This document shows, piece after piece, positions 39,557-49,890 of a stretch of 64,000 bases of DNA. Each line of letters opens with the position of its first letter. The stretch's first letter is position 1. The translations under genes and the position numbers were made by a program. Source of the stretch: Bacillota bacterium (GTDB lineage: Bacteria > Bacillota > DTU025); contig JBMNJT010000002.1 in assembly GCA_050951805.1 (NCBI GenBank), positions 1,376,001 through 1,440,000 on the forward strand, given 5' to 3'. The notes below the pieces were generated by a model, which saw only the letters and a list, made by a program, of their open reading frames with translations, did not search any database and was not told where the DNA came from.

Positions 39557-40783
39557 TTACTCTTCAACAGATACAGACTCTCCGGTGCTTTCAACCTGCT
39601 CTCCGGCATCATCCGCGTCCTTCGCTTCCTTAGCCGCCTCCAATGCCTCCTTAAGCTGAGCCTCCCAACGGGCCCTGGAAGCCGCCTCAATCTCGGCAAT
39701 CATTTCTTCCTCCCGAGCCGCGTCATCATCCATGCCCATCTCTTTGTAGGCATCCCGGATCAGCCCATGCACTATAGGAGAGAACGTGGCGTCTTCGCCT
39801 GCCAAGTCCGAAGCCTTCTTGTACAGCTCACGTGCACGATCCTTCTGCCCTGATTCCCTCAGGTTATCTGCCCGTGCAATGAGCACAAAAGGTTCGTCGG
39901 GCCCAAGCTTGAGAGCGCTTTCGAACGCCTTTTCGGAATCCTTAGCCTTACCTGCCGCTGCTAGCGCCTTACCTAGCGATATCTGGAGATATGGATCCTG
40001 CGGCGTCTGCTTGATGGCTTTCCTGTACTGCTTCACCGCCTCATCGTAATCCCCTTCGACCATGGCGCGGTATGCAAGCACCCTCGGATCATATATAGTT
40101 ATCTTTGCATCTTTGCGAAGCTCATCGACGAGCTCCTGCCTATTTGCCGCCTCTTTGCGGTATCTGATCAGCTGCTCAATGTTTTCCTTCGATTCCTCAT
40201 AATCGAGATTAGGCTGAGTTACCGCAATCTTGTCGAATTCCTCTTTGATCTCTTCCTCGGTCACTTCGACAGGCTTTGCTACAGAGGGATAACTCCCAAT
40301 AATCTGCTGTCGACCAAGGTATTCCTTGTAGCTCTTCTTGGTAAACCCCCAGTTTGCCAGAGCTGACACGAATTCCCGTTCGTCTGAAAAATAGGCCTTG
40401 TCAGCCTCGTAGGCCGAATCTACCACTACCTGATTCGCCACATACCCTGCCTTCTTAGCTGCATCGAGTATGAGCGCGTCTTCTATTAGGGCATCCAAAG
40501 CATCAGACCGCAACTCTTCTATATCCTCAGGCTTTAGGCCGCCGTATTGCACACGACGCGAGTAGGCCTGCTGGAATTCGAGTGCAAGATCGAGCGCTGA
40601 CACCTTTACCGAATTAACCTTGGCTACGGTAAGCCTGGCGCTCCCGGCGTTGGCATTGGAACCCGCAAAAAGCATGGGAATTACCATCCCAAGCGCTAAA
40701 ACACCCGCTATGACGGCAACAATTGTGCCGGCTTGCTTACGCATCCCTGAGATCAAGATAATAACCCTCCCAGCTAAGCTCAA
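39557..40783 (-). CDS. Membrane-anchored SurA N-terminal domain plus TPR protein
   Basis: TM, VAKVN...LDALIEDALILDAAKK, VEVTEEEIK, LRKDAKITI, then about 4 TPR repeats. Confidence 0.8.
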   Translation of the reverse strand: MSLAGRVIILISGMRKQAGTIVAVIAGVLALGMVIPMLFAGSNANAGSARLTVAKVNSVKVSALDLALEFQQAYSRRVQYGGLKPEDIEELRSDALDALIEDALILDAAKKAGYVANQVVVDSAYEADKAYFSDEREFVSALANWGFTKKSYKEYLGRQQIIGSYPSVAKPVEVTEEEIKEEFDKIAVTQPNLDYEESKENIEQLIRYRKEAANRQELVDELRKDAKITIYDPRVLAYRAMVEGDYDEAVKQYRKAIKQTPQDPYLQISLGKALAAAGKAKDSEKAFESALKLGPDEPFVLIARADNLRESGQKDRARELYKKASDLAGEDATFSPIVHGLIRDAYKEMGMDDDAAREEEMIAEIEAASRARWEAQLKEALEAAKEAKDADDAGEQVESTGESVSVEE

Positions 40784-40819
40784 TAGCCTACGTCATTGTA
40801 TCGCACGAAGATTGCAGTG

Positions 40820-41476
40820 TCAACGAATGCGTGACCGTCCATGCCACGCCTTTTCAGCTGCTATAGTTGTGTCTGGGCCATGCCCTGGATATACTCGAAT
40901 CCTCTCGTCGAGGCTGAATATGACCTCAAAGATAGAACGCCAGAGAGCCTCTTCATCACCGCCTGCAAAATCTGTCCGTCCGACTCCGCACGCAAAGAGA
41001 GTATCTCCCGTGAAAAGCGTCAGGTCGTCGGGGAGCAACAGGCTGATTCCTCCCGGAGTATGCCCTGGAGTCGCCAACACTTCGAACTCCATCTCGCCCA
41101 CGCGCAACACATTTCCGCCCTCAAGAGTATGGTCCGCTACGAGCGAAAATCCCTGTCCTCCCGACCGCGCCAACACGTGAAAAACATCGTCTGGTTCGGC
41201 TAGCATGTCCGCATCGAGAGCGCCTACGTATACAGGAGCTCCTGTCGCATCCCGTAACGCCCCATTGCCCCCAATGTGGTCGGGATGCCCGTGCGTATTG
41301 ATTATTGCCCGGCACTCGAGACCATGCTGCTTCAGAATATTCTGGATGCGTGGGGAAAAAGCCCCGGGATCGATCACTACTGCGTCCTCGTGGCCCTCAC
41401 GCCAAACAATGTAACAGTTGGTTGATATCGGCCCAAGCACGAGCCTTTCTACGTTGAGCACACCCGCATCCGCCAA
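40820..41476 (-). CDS. MBL-fold metallohydrolase (glyoxalase II-like)
   Basis: TNCYIV, THGHPDHIG, TPGHTPG, FTGDTLF, PGHG. Confidence 0.92.
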   Translation of the reverse strand: MADAGVLNVERLVLGPISTNCYIVWREGHEDAVVIDPGAFSPRIQNILKQHGLECRAIINTHGHPDHIGGNGALRDATGAPVYVGALDADMLAEPDDVFHVLARSGGQGFSLVADHTLEGGNVLRVGEMEFEVLATPGHTPGGISLLLPDDLTLFTGDTLFACGVGRTDFAGGDEEALWRSIFEVIFSLDERIRVYPGHGPDTTIAAEKAWHGRSRIR

Positions 41477-41516
41477 ATAAAACCCGCCTCCTTGCAGTCT
41501 CAGTCTGTAACCAAAT

Positions 41517-41966
41517 TCAAAAGGCCTTGCCGCTGTCAAGCAAAATCGTCACAGGCCCGTGATTAACAAGGTTTACATCCATCTCAGCTCTGAATATACC
41601 AGTTTCAACCGGAACGCCCATGTTTCTTACTCCTCTGACGAATTCCTCGTAGAGGACATTCGCATGTTCAGGCGCAGCGGCATCCGTGAAACTGGGCCGT
41701 CGCCCACGTCTGCAGTCTCCGTATAATGTGAACTGGGATATGGCAAGCATGCCTCCTCCAACATCCAGAAGTGAAAGGTTGAGCTTGCCTTCATCGTCGT
41801 CAAAAATCCTCAGGTTCGGGATCTTCTCTACCATGTATTCAACATCTTCCGAGCCATCCTCTCTCGAAATGCCCAGAAGAACCACAAGGCCATGGCCTGT
41901 GCTTCCAACAATCTCACCATCTACACTGACCGAAGCCTCGGTCACCCTCTGAACCACAGCTCTCAG
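41517..41966 (-). CDS. dtd: D-aminoacyl-tRNA deacylase
   Basis: (M)RAVVQRV, SQFTL, NHGPVT; GGAGGTG RBS 7 nt before a CTG start. Confidence 0.96.
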   Translation of the reverse strand: MRAVVQRVTEASVSVDGEIVGSTGHGLVVLLGISREDGSEDVEYMVEKIPNLRIFDDDEGKLNLSLLDVGGGMLAISQFTLYGDCRRGRRPSFTDAAAPEHANVLYEEFVRGVRNMGVPVETGIFRAEMDVNLVNHGPVTILLDSGKAF

Positions 41967-42054
41967 CGATAAGCACCTCCACGTTAAACCAGCCACCCAA
42001 TATTATCACAACTATCAGGGCTATGGCGACAGCTCGAACATCAAACGACGCCCG

Positions 42055-44217
42055 TCAGTTGATCGCCGCCCTGCGCACACTTTGGACCCCTGAAATCCGT
42101 CTGAGCCTCTCCATCACAGAATCCATGTGCTCCACGTCATGTATCTCCACAGTCATGTTTATCACAGCTACCCTGTTTTTGAGGGTCCTGGCAGTAACTG
42201 CGCTTACATGGGCCTTCATCTCCACAGCGGTGTTGATTACACCTGTGAGAAGACCGGGAGCGTCGTAAGCTTCCATCTCGATCTCGACAGGGTATGATTC
42301 GCCGTCCTTTGTATCCCAATACACATCGACAACACGGTCTTTTTCAGCATTAACTATAATCATGGCATTAGGACAATCTTTCCTGTGAACCGAAACCCCA
42401 CGACCGCGGGTTACATATCCCACTATGGGATCGCCGGGCACCGGGTTGCAACACCTTGCGAACCTAACCAGCAAGTTGTCTACCCCAGGAACCCGAACTC
42501 CATGGGAAGACCCGGCCTTTTTCTTGGCTGGCGAGGGCTTGGGCGTCTCATCTGCAGCCCGCTCAGGAACGAGTTTGGTGACAACTTGGGCCGCCGACAG
42601 CTTGCCATAACCTACACTTGCAAGCAGGTCATCGGTACTCTGATAACTGAACTTCTGCGCCACCTCGAGCAATCGCTCTTCCTTCATGTTCGCACGCACT
42701 TGGAGCCCGAGCTTTTTCAGTTCCTTCTCCACAAGCTCCTTACCCTGTTCCACCGATGCTTCTCGTTGCTCTTCCTTAAGCCATTGCCTGATCTTTCCCT
42801 TGGCTTTCGATGTTTTGGCTATGGCCAGCCAGTCTCTACTGGGACCTGCTTGCGACTTGCTGGTAATGATCTCCACAATGTCGCCAGTTGCCAGCTTAGT
42901 GTTGAGCGGAACCATCCTCCCGTTCACTCGCGCTCCCGAGCATGAGTGTCCCACATCAGTGTGGACGGCATATGCAAAGTCGATCGGGGTTGACCCAGCA
43001 GGCAGCGTCTTCACATCACCCCGCGGGGTAAAGACGTATACCTCGTCCGAGAAGAGGTCGACCTTGAGCGTCTCAACGAACTCCGTGCCGTTTCTCGTCT
43101 CTTTCTGCCACTCGAGGATCTGCCTGAGCCAGGTGATCTTATCTTCGAAATCGCCCCCTCCCCCGCCCTCCTTATAGCGCCAGTGGGCAGCGATTCCGTA
43201 TTCGGCAGTTCTGTGCATCTCCCACGTGCGTATCTGGATCTCCAGAGGCTCGCCCCTAGGGCCGATAACAGTCGTATGGAGGGATTGATACATATTCGAC
43301 TTGGGCATGGCAACATAGTCCTTGAAACGTCCGGGAATTGGCTTCCAGATGCTGTGGACTGCTCCAAGCACCGCATAACATTCACGAAGTGTGCCTACTA
43401 TTACCCGAAGCCCCATGAGATCCCAGATTTCGCTGAAATCCTTGCCTTGCTTTTCCATCTTCCGGTATATGCTGTAGAAGTGTTTCGGACGTCCCTGGAT
43501 CTCAGCGGAAATCCCGATCTCTGTGAGCGCAGCCTCGAGCGTCTCGCGAGCCTCTTCAATGTATCCTTCCCTCTCCTGCCTCTTCGTAGCGACCTTCTCT
43601 ACCAGATCGTAGTAGGCATCGGTATCAAGATACCTGAGGGATAGGTCCTCCAGTTCCCATTTCATCCTCCACATTCCAAGCCGATGCGCTAAAGGAGCAT
43701 ATATCTCCAGCGTCTCACCGGCCACCCGTCTCTGCTTGTCAGGAGGGGAGAAATCCAAAGTTTGCATGTTGTGGAGCCTGTCCGCCAGTTTGATCAGGAT
43801 GACCCGAATGTCCTTGGCCATGGCCACGAACATCTTCCTCAGGCTCTCAGCCTGCTGTTCCTCGCGACTCTTGAAATCCATCCGCGACAATTTGGTTACC
43901 CCGTCCACAAGCGTAGCAATCTCCGAACCAAACACCTGGCTAATCTCCTCGTAGCTCCTTCCCGTGTCCTCTATCACGTCATGGAGCAAACCCGCAGCTA
44001 TGGTGTTGGGATCCAAATTCATGTCAGCGAGGATGAACGCCACTGCGACCGGGTGGTCAAAGTATGGCTCGCCAGACTCGCGCACCTGCCCGTCGTGGGC
44101 GTCACGAGCATAATCCCACGCGCGCTCTATGACGCTAAGATCAGCATCCGGACGGTTTGCTCCGGCCTTGGCAAGCAATTCTTCCAATGTGCGCGGCTCA
44201 TTCTGACCATGGACCAT
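42055..44217 (-). CDS. relA: Bifunctional (p)ppGpp synthetase/hydrolase Rel
   Basis: HDVIED hydrolase motif, GRPKHFYSIY, YQSLHT, TGS, CCNPVPGD, ACT domain. Confidence 0.97.
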   Translation of the reverse strand: MVHGQNEPRTLEELLAKAGANRPDADLSVIERAWDYARDAHDGQVRESGEPYFDHPVAVAFILADMNLDPNTIAAGLLHDVIEDTGRSYEEISQVFGSEIATLVDGVTKLSRMDFKSREEQQAESLRKMFVAMAKDIRVILIKLADRLHNMQTLDFSPPDKQRRVAGETLEIYAPLAHRLGMWRMKWELEDLSLRYLDTDAYYDLVEKVATKRQEREGYIEEARETLEAALTEIGISAEIQGRPKHFYSIYRKMEKQGKDFSEIWDLMGLRVIVGTLRECYAVLGAVHSIWKPIPGRFKDYVAMPKSNMYQSLHTTVIGPRGEPLEIQIRTWEMHRTAEYGIAAHWRYKEGGGGGDFEDKITWLRQILEWQKETRNGTEFVETLKVDLFSDEVYVFTPRGDVKTLPAGSTPIDFAYAVHTDVGHSCSGARVNGRMVPLNTKLATGDIVEIITSKSQAGPSRDWLAIAKTSKAKGKIRQWLKEEQREASVEQGKELVEKELKKLGLQVRANMKEERLLEVAQKFSYQSTDDLLASVGYGKLSAAQVVTKLVPERAADETPKPSPAKKKAGSSHGVRVPGVDNLLVRFARCCNPVPGDPIVGYVTRGRGVSVHRKDCPNAMIIVNAEKDRVVDVYWDTKDGESYPVEIEMEAYDAPGLLTGVINTAVEMKAHVSAVTARTLKNRVAVINMTVEIHDVEHMDSVMERLRRISGVQSVRRAAIN

Positions 44218-44301
44218 CCCCGCCGCCCCCCTTTCAAAACCTCGGAGAGGATTCTTTCTTAGACTACGGCACTGCAAGCGCGGCCAGAAACTGCGACGCC
44301 A

Positions 44302-46026
44302 TTATGCATCCTGGGACTTTCTCAGGTCTTTCACGATCAATTGCGGCTCTCTGCGACCATTCCACTCATTCACCTCGAGGGAATACAGAACATCCACTTC
44401 TGAAAAACCCTGAGACACGTCTACATGGCTGCCTGCCATGCGAAAACCGATAGCATCTATCACTCGTCCGCCCCGTCCCAGCTTCAGCTTCAAATGTTTT
44501 CCGTCGGGCCCTACGTTCCTCCGCTCCAGAACATGCATGTTCCTTGTGACAAAGAGTGGAGTCGGATTACCGTATCCAAAGGGTTCCAGACGTTCCAGTT
44601 CCATCGCGAGCTCGATACAGATCTCGTCTTCGCCAAGCTCTGCATCGACAAGCACCCTTGGAACGAGATCCTCCTCTGTAAGCCATTCATGTCCTATCTC
44701 GTTGAGCCGTTCTCTGAACAAGTCCAAATCTTCCGCCTTTATTGACAATCCTGCCGCCTGTGAATGTCCTCCGTATTTGAGCAACAGATCAGAACATTCC
44801 GTCAGAGCCGAATACAGATTGAATGCAGGTATACTTCTGGCTGATCCCCTGCCCACGTCTCCCTCAAAGGATATGAGGACCGTAGGCCTGTACGTCAGCT
44901 CAGCTATTCTCGACGCAACGATTCCAATAACCCCACTGTGCCATCGGTCAGAGCCCAACACGATTGCGCGAGTAGTCTGTGTATTCATCTTGCTCACAGG
45001 CACCCAGGCCTCCCGCAAGATGGAGAGCTCGATCTCTTGCCTTTTGCGGTTTTCTTCGTCGAGCATGGCGGCGAGCTCTGCAGCCTCCTGGGCCGAATCG
45101 GTCAGGAGCAACCTGGCTCCCAGGCTTGGATCGCCAAGCCTTCCGGCTGCATTCACCCTAGGACCCACCGTAAAACTGACGTGCCCTGCCCGAATCTCCC
45201 GGCCTGAAAGATCCGATACGTCCAAAAGGGCATTGATGCCGTGATTTGAAGATCGCCCCATAAGCTCCAGCCCAGCCTTGGCTATTATCCTGTTCTCCCC
45301 CTGTAACGGCACCACATCTGCAATGGTCCCGAGAGCCACGATATCGAGATACTTGTGTGGGTCTGCCGCGCACGGCGGCCTTCCCGCAAGGGTCCATACA
45401 GCCTGAGCAAGTTTGAACGCCACGCCGACTCCGGCCAGTTCCTTGAAGGGATACCGGGAATCGTGGCGCTTTGGGTCTACAACACCAACACACGAAGGCA
45501 GGATACTTCCAGCTTCGTGGTGGTCGGTGATGATCACGTCTATGCCCAGCTCAGAGGCATAATCGACCTCTTCAATAGCACTGACACCGCAGTCTACGGT
45601 CACCAACAGCGACACGCCGTCGCCAGCAGCCTGCTCTATTGCTTCTCTGTTAAGCCCGTATCCTTCCACAAGTCGATTGGGAATGTGGTAGTCCACATTC
45701 GCCCCCAAAGATCTCAAGACGGAAACAAGCAGCGCAACAGAGGTTATCCCGTCTACATCGTAATCCCCGTATACCCGTATTCCCTCACCAATTTCCACGG
45801 CAGCCCAAAGCCTAGCAGCCGATTGCTCCATGTCAGGCATAGCGAAAGGATCATGCATTTCCGAAGGGTCAGGCATTAGGAAAGCCCCAACAGACTTCTC
45901 ATCAACAATGCCCCTGTTCGCCAAAACACGGGCAAGAACGGGCGAGATGCCGCATGTTGCCGCTAGCCTTTTTTCTGCTGCCGAGTCTCCTTCACGAAGC
46001 TCCCATATCGTTCTTCTAGGGGCCAT
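44302..46026 (-). CDS. recJ: ssDNA exonuclease RecJ
   Basis: GDYDVDG, TVDCG, TDHH, GTIADV, PRVNAAGR, GGHSQAAG. Confidence 0.97.
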   Translation of the reverse strand: MAPRRTIWELREGDSAAEKRLAATCGISPVLARVLANRGIVDEKSVGAFLMPDPSEMHDPFAMPDMEQSAARLWAAVEIGEGIRVYGDYDVDGITSVALLVSVLRSLGANVDYHIPNRLVEGYGLNREAIEQAAGDGVSLLVTVDCGVSAIEEVDYASELGIDVIITDHHEAGSILPSCVGVVDPKRHDSRYPFKELAGVGVAFKLAQAVWTLAGRPPCAADPHKYLDIVALGTIADVVPLQGENRIIAKAGLELMGRSSNHGINALLDVSDLSGREIRAGHVSFTVGPRVNAAGRLGDPSLGARLLLTDSAQEAAELAAMLDEENRKRQEIELSILREAWVPVSKMNTQTTRAIVLGSDRWHSGVIGIVASRIAELTYRPTVLISFEGDVGRGSARSIPAFNLYSALTECSDLLLKYGGHSQAAGLSIKAEDLDLFRERLNEIGHEWLTEEDLVPRVLVDAELGEDEICIELAMELERLEPFGYGNPTPLFVTRNMHVLERRNVGPDGKHLKLKLGRGGRVIDAIGFRMAGSHVDVSQGFSEVDVLYSLEVNEWNGRREPQLIVKDLRKSQDA

Positions 46027-46101
46027 AGATTTCTCCACCTTAATCAGGAACCATTCGACTTTTGTCCAAGTTCCCCTTCTAGTCATGTACATGATTCAAT
46101 A

Positions 46102-47850
46102 CTACCACGTTTGAACCCTTTCGCGCTCGTCCTTTACCAGCTTTGCCAGCAAGTCGCGGTCGAACTCATCAACAATGTACAAGGTCCCGTTGGCGATCTC
46201 GGTGAGCTTCCGCAGAAACCCTCGATTGGGAGCAAGACCTATGCAGGTGAACGGCAGCTTGTTCCTGGCAATCTGTTCCGCCGCCACCAGTGCATCTCTA
46301 GCAGGGTCCCCCGTCCAATAGTTCATCGTGGGTATGCCATCTGTAAGCAAGACGAGCATGGTCGGTACCCCTTTACGCGACCCCAAAAGCTTCACAGCCT
46401 CCACAATTCCAGCTGCGAGCGGAGTCAGCCCTGCAGGCCTCACCGTTGCCAATCCGTCTTCAAGCGCCCTGATCGACCTTGCCCGCAATACATGCTGAGT
46501 TACCTTCCTGTCCTGAAAAGTGAGGACACTCACCTTGTCGCGGCAAGTCAAGAAGAGGTGGCGGGCGAGGTGTTTTGCAGCCTGTATCCGCCTCCCGGCC
46601 ATACTTGCGCTGGCATCTATCAGCAGACACACATCAACCCTGGCCGGACGTCTGACCTGCTCTATACGGATATCCTCCCTTTGGATCGGGCTGTGGCTCC
46701 CTTCCGTTGCGCAACGTACAGCCCAACTCCGCACCGTTTCAGCAACGGAGATATTGCCCCGGTAATCGACCTCAGACGCGGGAATCACAGTCCGTACAAT
46801 ACCCGGTCCGTTTCCAGCTCTCATGCCCTTGGAGAAATCGCTCCGCTCCAGGGGCGTGCCACGCGGCCTGGCGCTCCGACGGATGATGCGACGGACCTGG
46901 TTCTCCACCTCTCTGGCGAATTTCTTGAGAAACGACGCAAGACGCCTGCCCTTAACTGTAAGGACAAGCGCAGCGCCTTCTCCCTCCACGATTTCCAACG
47001 TTCTCAGTTTCGCCAGCATTCCCTCTGCGTCACCAAATTCCCGTTCCAACATGGCATAGGGATTCTCTCGCCTGCCCGGACCGGCCACACATTCCAGAAA
47101 TGATTTAAAACTGTTCACTGAGCCGAAATCAGTGCAAACCTCCAAAGCTTGCTTCATCAGATCCGGTAGGCTGTTTCCTCCATCATACGGGATTTGCCCA
47201 CGCATGTAAGAATCGGTCGAACACGAATAAGGAGAAAGATCGACCGGCGAGGACTCGGAAGAGGAAGCATTCTCTATCTGTTCCAATCGGCGCAGGCCAA
47301 CACCGCTCGAAACGATTGATGCTTCAACCTCACGGACAATGTAGTAGACCAATCCTACCATCTCAGGCGGGAGGAATGCCGCAACGTGCACGTGCCCGCG
47401 GTGGGCAATCTTGAGGGACTCCTTCTGTCCGAAATTGAGGCTGCCTGTGACGCGCCCGCCACCTGTCGCGGTCTGAACATCGATGAAGTCCGCTAGACCA
47501 GCGATAGACCAAATCGGTCCGCCTAATTCCAGCAGGGGCCTAGGGAGTACAGACATCTGCTGACCATAAGCCTCAACCGCCCGCCTTATCGCTTCCGCCG
47601 CCGTACGATGGTCCACGTCTGCCAACTCATGAAAAATGTCTATATGAACTACTTCATCCGTCGAAGACCGCTGGTAGAAAACCTGTCCCGCATCGAGGCG
47701 GCATTGGACCTGAGCCTGCCCCGGACAATGCGGGTCTAGCACGTGGACACACCTTGATACCAAAGCCGTCTCGCCTATTCTCACACCACGCCCAAGATCT
47801 AGCTCACCGTTGATCTCACGGGCAAAGCCGAGAAGAGCATCGATGTTCAA
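46102..47850 (-). CDS. vWA domain protein with a ChlD/BchD-like C-terminus and an unknown N-terminus
   Basis: DVCLLIDASASM (MIDAS DxSxS), GLTPLAAG, LLTDG; start overlaps the stop of the upstream ATPase gene. Confidence 0.85.
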   Translation of the reverse strand: MNIDALLGFAREINGELDLGRGVRIGETALVSRCVHVLDPHCPGQAQVQCRLDAGQVFYQRSSTDEVVHIDIFHELADVDHRTAAEAIRRAVEAYGQQMSVLPRPLLELGGPIWSIAGLADFIDVQTATGGGRVTGSLNFGQKESLKIAHRGHVHVAAFLPPEMVGLVYYIVREVEASIVSSGVGLRRLEQIENASSSESSPVDLSPYSCSTDSYMRGQIPYDGGNSLPDLMKQALEVCTDFGSVNSFKSFLECVAGPGRRENPYAMLEREFGDAEGMLAKLRTLEIVEGEGAALVLTVKGRRLASFLKKFAREVENQVRRIIRRSARPRGTPLERSDFSKGMRAGNGPGIVRTVIPASEVDYRGNISVAETVRSWAVRCATEGSHSPIQREDIRIEQVRRPARVDVCLLIDASASMAGRRIQAAKHLARHLFLTCRDKVSVLTFQDRKVTQHVLRARSIRALEDGLATVRPAGLTPLAAGIVEAVKLLGSRKGVPTMLVLLTDGIPTMNYWTGDPARDALVAAEQIARNKLPFTCIGLAPNRGFLRKLTEIANGTLYIVDEFDRDLLAKLVKDERERVQTW

Positions 47851-49544
47851 GCCAGATCATCCTCTGAGAACACAAGCTTCGGGCCAATATCGGTTATGGG
47901 CCGCGCGGGGGTTGGAGGGCAGACCTCGCTCACCGAAGCCGACCCGGCCTTAGCACGGGTTCCCCCTGCATAACCCCAACGCCCTCCTTCACCTGATACT
48001 CCAACATCGTCTGCGTCCTCCTCGCCACCCTGGGCCTGACAATGCCTATCCCCTCCGTCTGCGCTAGCGCCTTCCTTTCCGACCAGGCGATCTTCGGATT
48101 TCATCCTTTCCATAATCCGATGGAGAATGCCTCTCAAGCCAGGCCCCCCGCAATCTGCTCCATTCGGCTTCGATGTTGCCACCTCACTGCCTAGATTTCG
48201 ATCGCGCCCGGAAGTGTTGGCCGCATCAAGCGGAGCACGTGTTGTATCCCACGTCGCCAAGGTCTCACACGTATCTGCGACAGACGCCGTCTTAGATACC
48301 CTCGACTTGTCGGCCTCCGACCGCGCAAGCCCTCCGTAGCCTGCCGTAGCATTGGGACGTCCCTGCCCATGGCCAGCCCTTTCTTGCAGTGCATCGACAT
48401 ACCTCATTATGTTCGCCAGAGCTGACACGTCCACTCGGTGCCGAAGCGCTAAGGGTAGGATAATGCGAATGTCCTCCAGGCAAACGCAGCTTCGTCCGGC
48501 CAAGGCCGCGCGGCACCGGGCCGCGCTCTTCGCCGACTCGAGCGCCCTTATACTCTCTATGTCGAAGTCCACGTAGAGAGTGGCCAAGAGCTCTACAAGA
48601 TCATCAGGGAACTCTACTTGCGGCGCCAAGAGGGCCGCTGCGGTCAAACGCCCCGGCCAACTGCCGGGGGCATTCATGTTGCAGACGCCCGCTTGACCTG
48701 TCGCCAGCTCTATCCGCCCGCCCAAGCCCGACGGATTAAGTCTTCTTGACGCATCAGTCCGCTCGTGGGTTCCAATTGCGTCGCATTCCTCCCATGGCCT
48801 GCATCTTCTCATCGCTCCCTGTGTCGCGAAGTCATCGCATTCCAGAATACGACGTATCATTGAAGCCTGGCTCGTTCTGCCCATTTCCACCGATAAGTCG
48901 AACCTGTCCGCAAGCTGCCTTCTTACGTCCTCAAGGGGCCCGGGATCCTCATCAGGATTGGACGCAGCCCAGACGCTGATCTCCACGGGCATCGACACCA
49001 CTGGAAGACCGGCCTCCTCGATCTGAATTCTGCCTGGTCTCGTCCCCATCACATCAAGCAGCACATCGGTGAGTTCGGGCGAAGTGTCGGCAAGCCGGTT
49101 CACCTCGTCTACGAAGAGAATGCCCCGATTCGACTTGGGGATAGTCCCCAGAAGGAGAGCGGCCTGAGGTTTCTCCCGGTCCATCACTTGGGCGAGATCT
49201 ATGCTCCCGACGACAGTTCCCAATTTGGCCGAATGGGATATCTCGCGGAAAGGCATAGGTATTCGTTCCGAAGCGAGCGCTTCCAGTTCAGACAAAGGGA
49301 GGTCGCGATGGTCTGGGCAGTGAGGCGCCCATGTCCGACAATTCTGTTCACATGCGGCTATCCGCTCTATTGTCGGGAGGATAGTAGCGGCGGATCTGAA
49401 TATCGTCGTCTTCCCTGTGCCTCTTACGCCCTCTGCGTGCACATGCATGGGACGTCCTGCAAGCGAGGAGACGATGGAAATCTCGACTGCGGCAAAGAGC
49501 AGGGCATTGCCCTCATGTTTCACAAGATCGTCGTACGTGCGCAA
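47847..49544 (-). CDS. Mg-chelatase subunit I (ChlI)-like AAA+ ATPase with disordered C-terminal tail
   Basis: EGVRGTGKTT, CEQNC...PHCPDH, VVGSIDL, NRGILFVDEVNRL, ASNPDE, RQLADRFD, LALRHR; TTG start after GGAGGGG. Confidence 0.88.
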   Translation of the reverse strand: MRTYDDLVKHEGNALLFAAVEISIVSSLAGRPMHVHAEGVRGTGKTTIFRSAATILPTIERIAACEQNCRTWAPHCPDHRDLPLSELEALASERIPMPFREISHSAKLGTVVGSIDLAQVMDREKPQAALLLGTIPKSNRGILFVDEVNRLADTSPELTDVLLDVMGTRPGRIQIEEAGLPVVSMPVEISVWAASNPDEDPGPLEDVRRQLADRFDLSVEMGRTSQASMIRRILECDDFATQGAMRRCRPWEECDAIGTHERTDASRRLNPSGLGGRIELATGQAGVCNMNAPGSWPGRLTAAALLAPQVEFPDDLVELLATLYVDFDIESIRALESAKSAARCRAALAGRSCVCLEDIRIILPLALRHRVDVSALANIMRYVDALQERAGHGQGRPNATAGYGGLARSEADKSRVSKTASVADTCETLATWDTTRAPLDAANTSGRDRNLGSEVATSKPNGADCGGPGLRGILHRIMERMKSEDRLVGKEGASADGGDRHCQAQGGEEDADDVGVSGEGGRWGYAGGTRAKAGSASVSEVCPPTPARPITDIGPKLVFSEDDLA

Positions 49545-49578
49545 AATATACCCCTCCGCATCAGTGCTATACCTGAGG

Positions 49579-49608
49579 TAGTATTGCACCATGCGTGGTC
49601 TTTGATTC
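49579..49608 (-). promoter_or_regulatory. Putative sigmaG/sigmaF promoter of the AAA+/vWA pair
   Basis: GAATC-N18-AATACTA versus sigmaG consensus GHATR-N18-MATAMTA. Confidence 0.4.
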
Positions 49609-49840
49609 CAGTTCTCCTCGAGGATGACTCTAGAGATATCCGGAGAAATCTCGGCGAAGTGAGAACTTATACTCGTGTTTCGCGCATGACATGTTCCACC
49701 CAAAGGCTCACTCAATAGCTACGTGCTCAAAGGTTATCGGCTACAAGTCAGACCGGCAACGTGGGCCATTTTACGCCATCACAAGACACTGCTCATTGAG
49801 AAACGCCTGGCTTGCGGGGCAGTCGGGGGCCATCGGAGCC

Positions 49841-49890
49841 AAAAGCCCCGTTTTGTAGAGTCTCTCTGGCGAAAGCCTACAAAGCGCGGC
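49841..49890 (-). terminator. Long imperfect hairpin plus T tract downstream of the HD gene
   Basis: 49845-49858 pairs with 49877-49890 (12-13 of 14 bp), followed by TTTT on the minus strand. Confidence 0.45.

Noticed and set aside
46111-47103. Long plus-strand ORFs antisense to real genes (also 6989-7873, 3736-4560, 24829-25695, 44438-45244, 23412-24155)
   Set aside because: Shadow ORFs of GC-rich coding sequence; no recognisable motifs or RBS.
46102-49544. Genuine chlorophyll or cobalamin chelatase
   Set aside because: No H/CobN subunit or tetrapyrrole genes in the window, and the vWA protein lacks an N-terminal AAA module.
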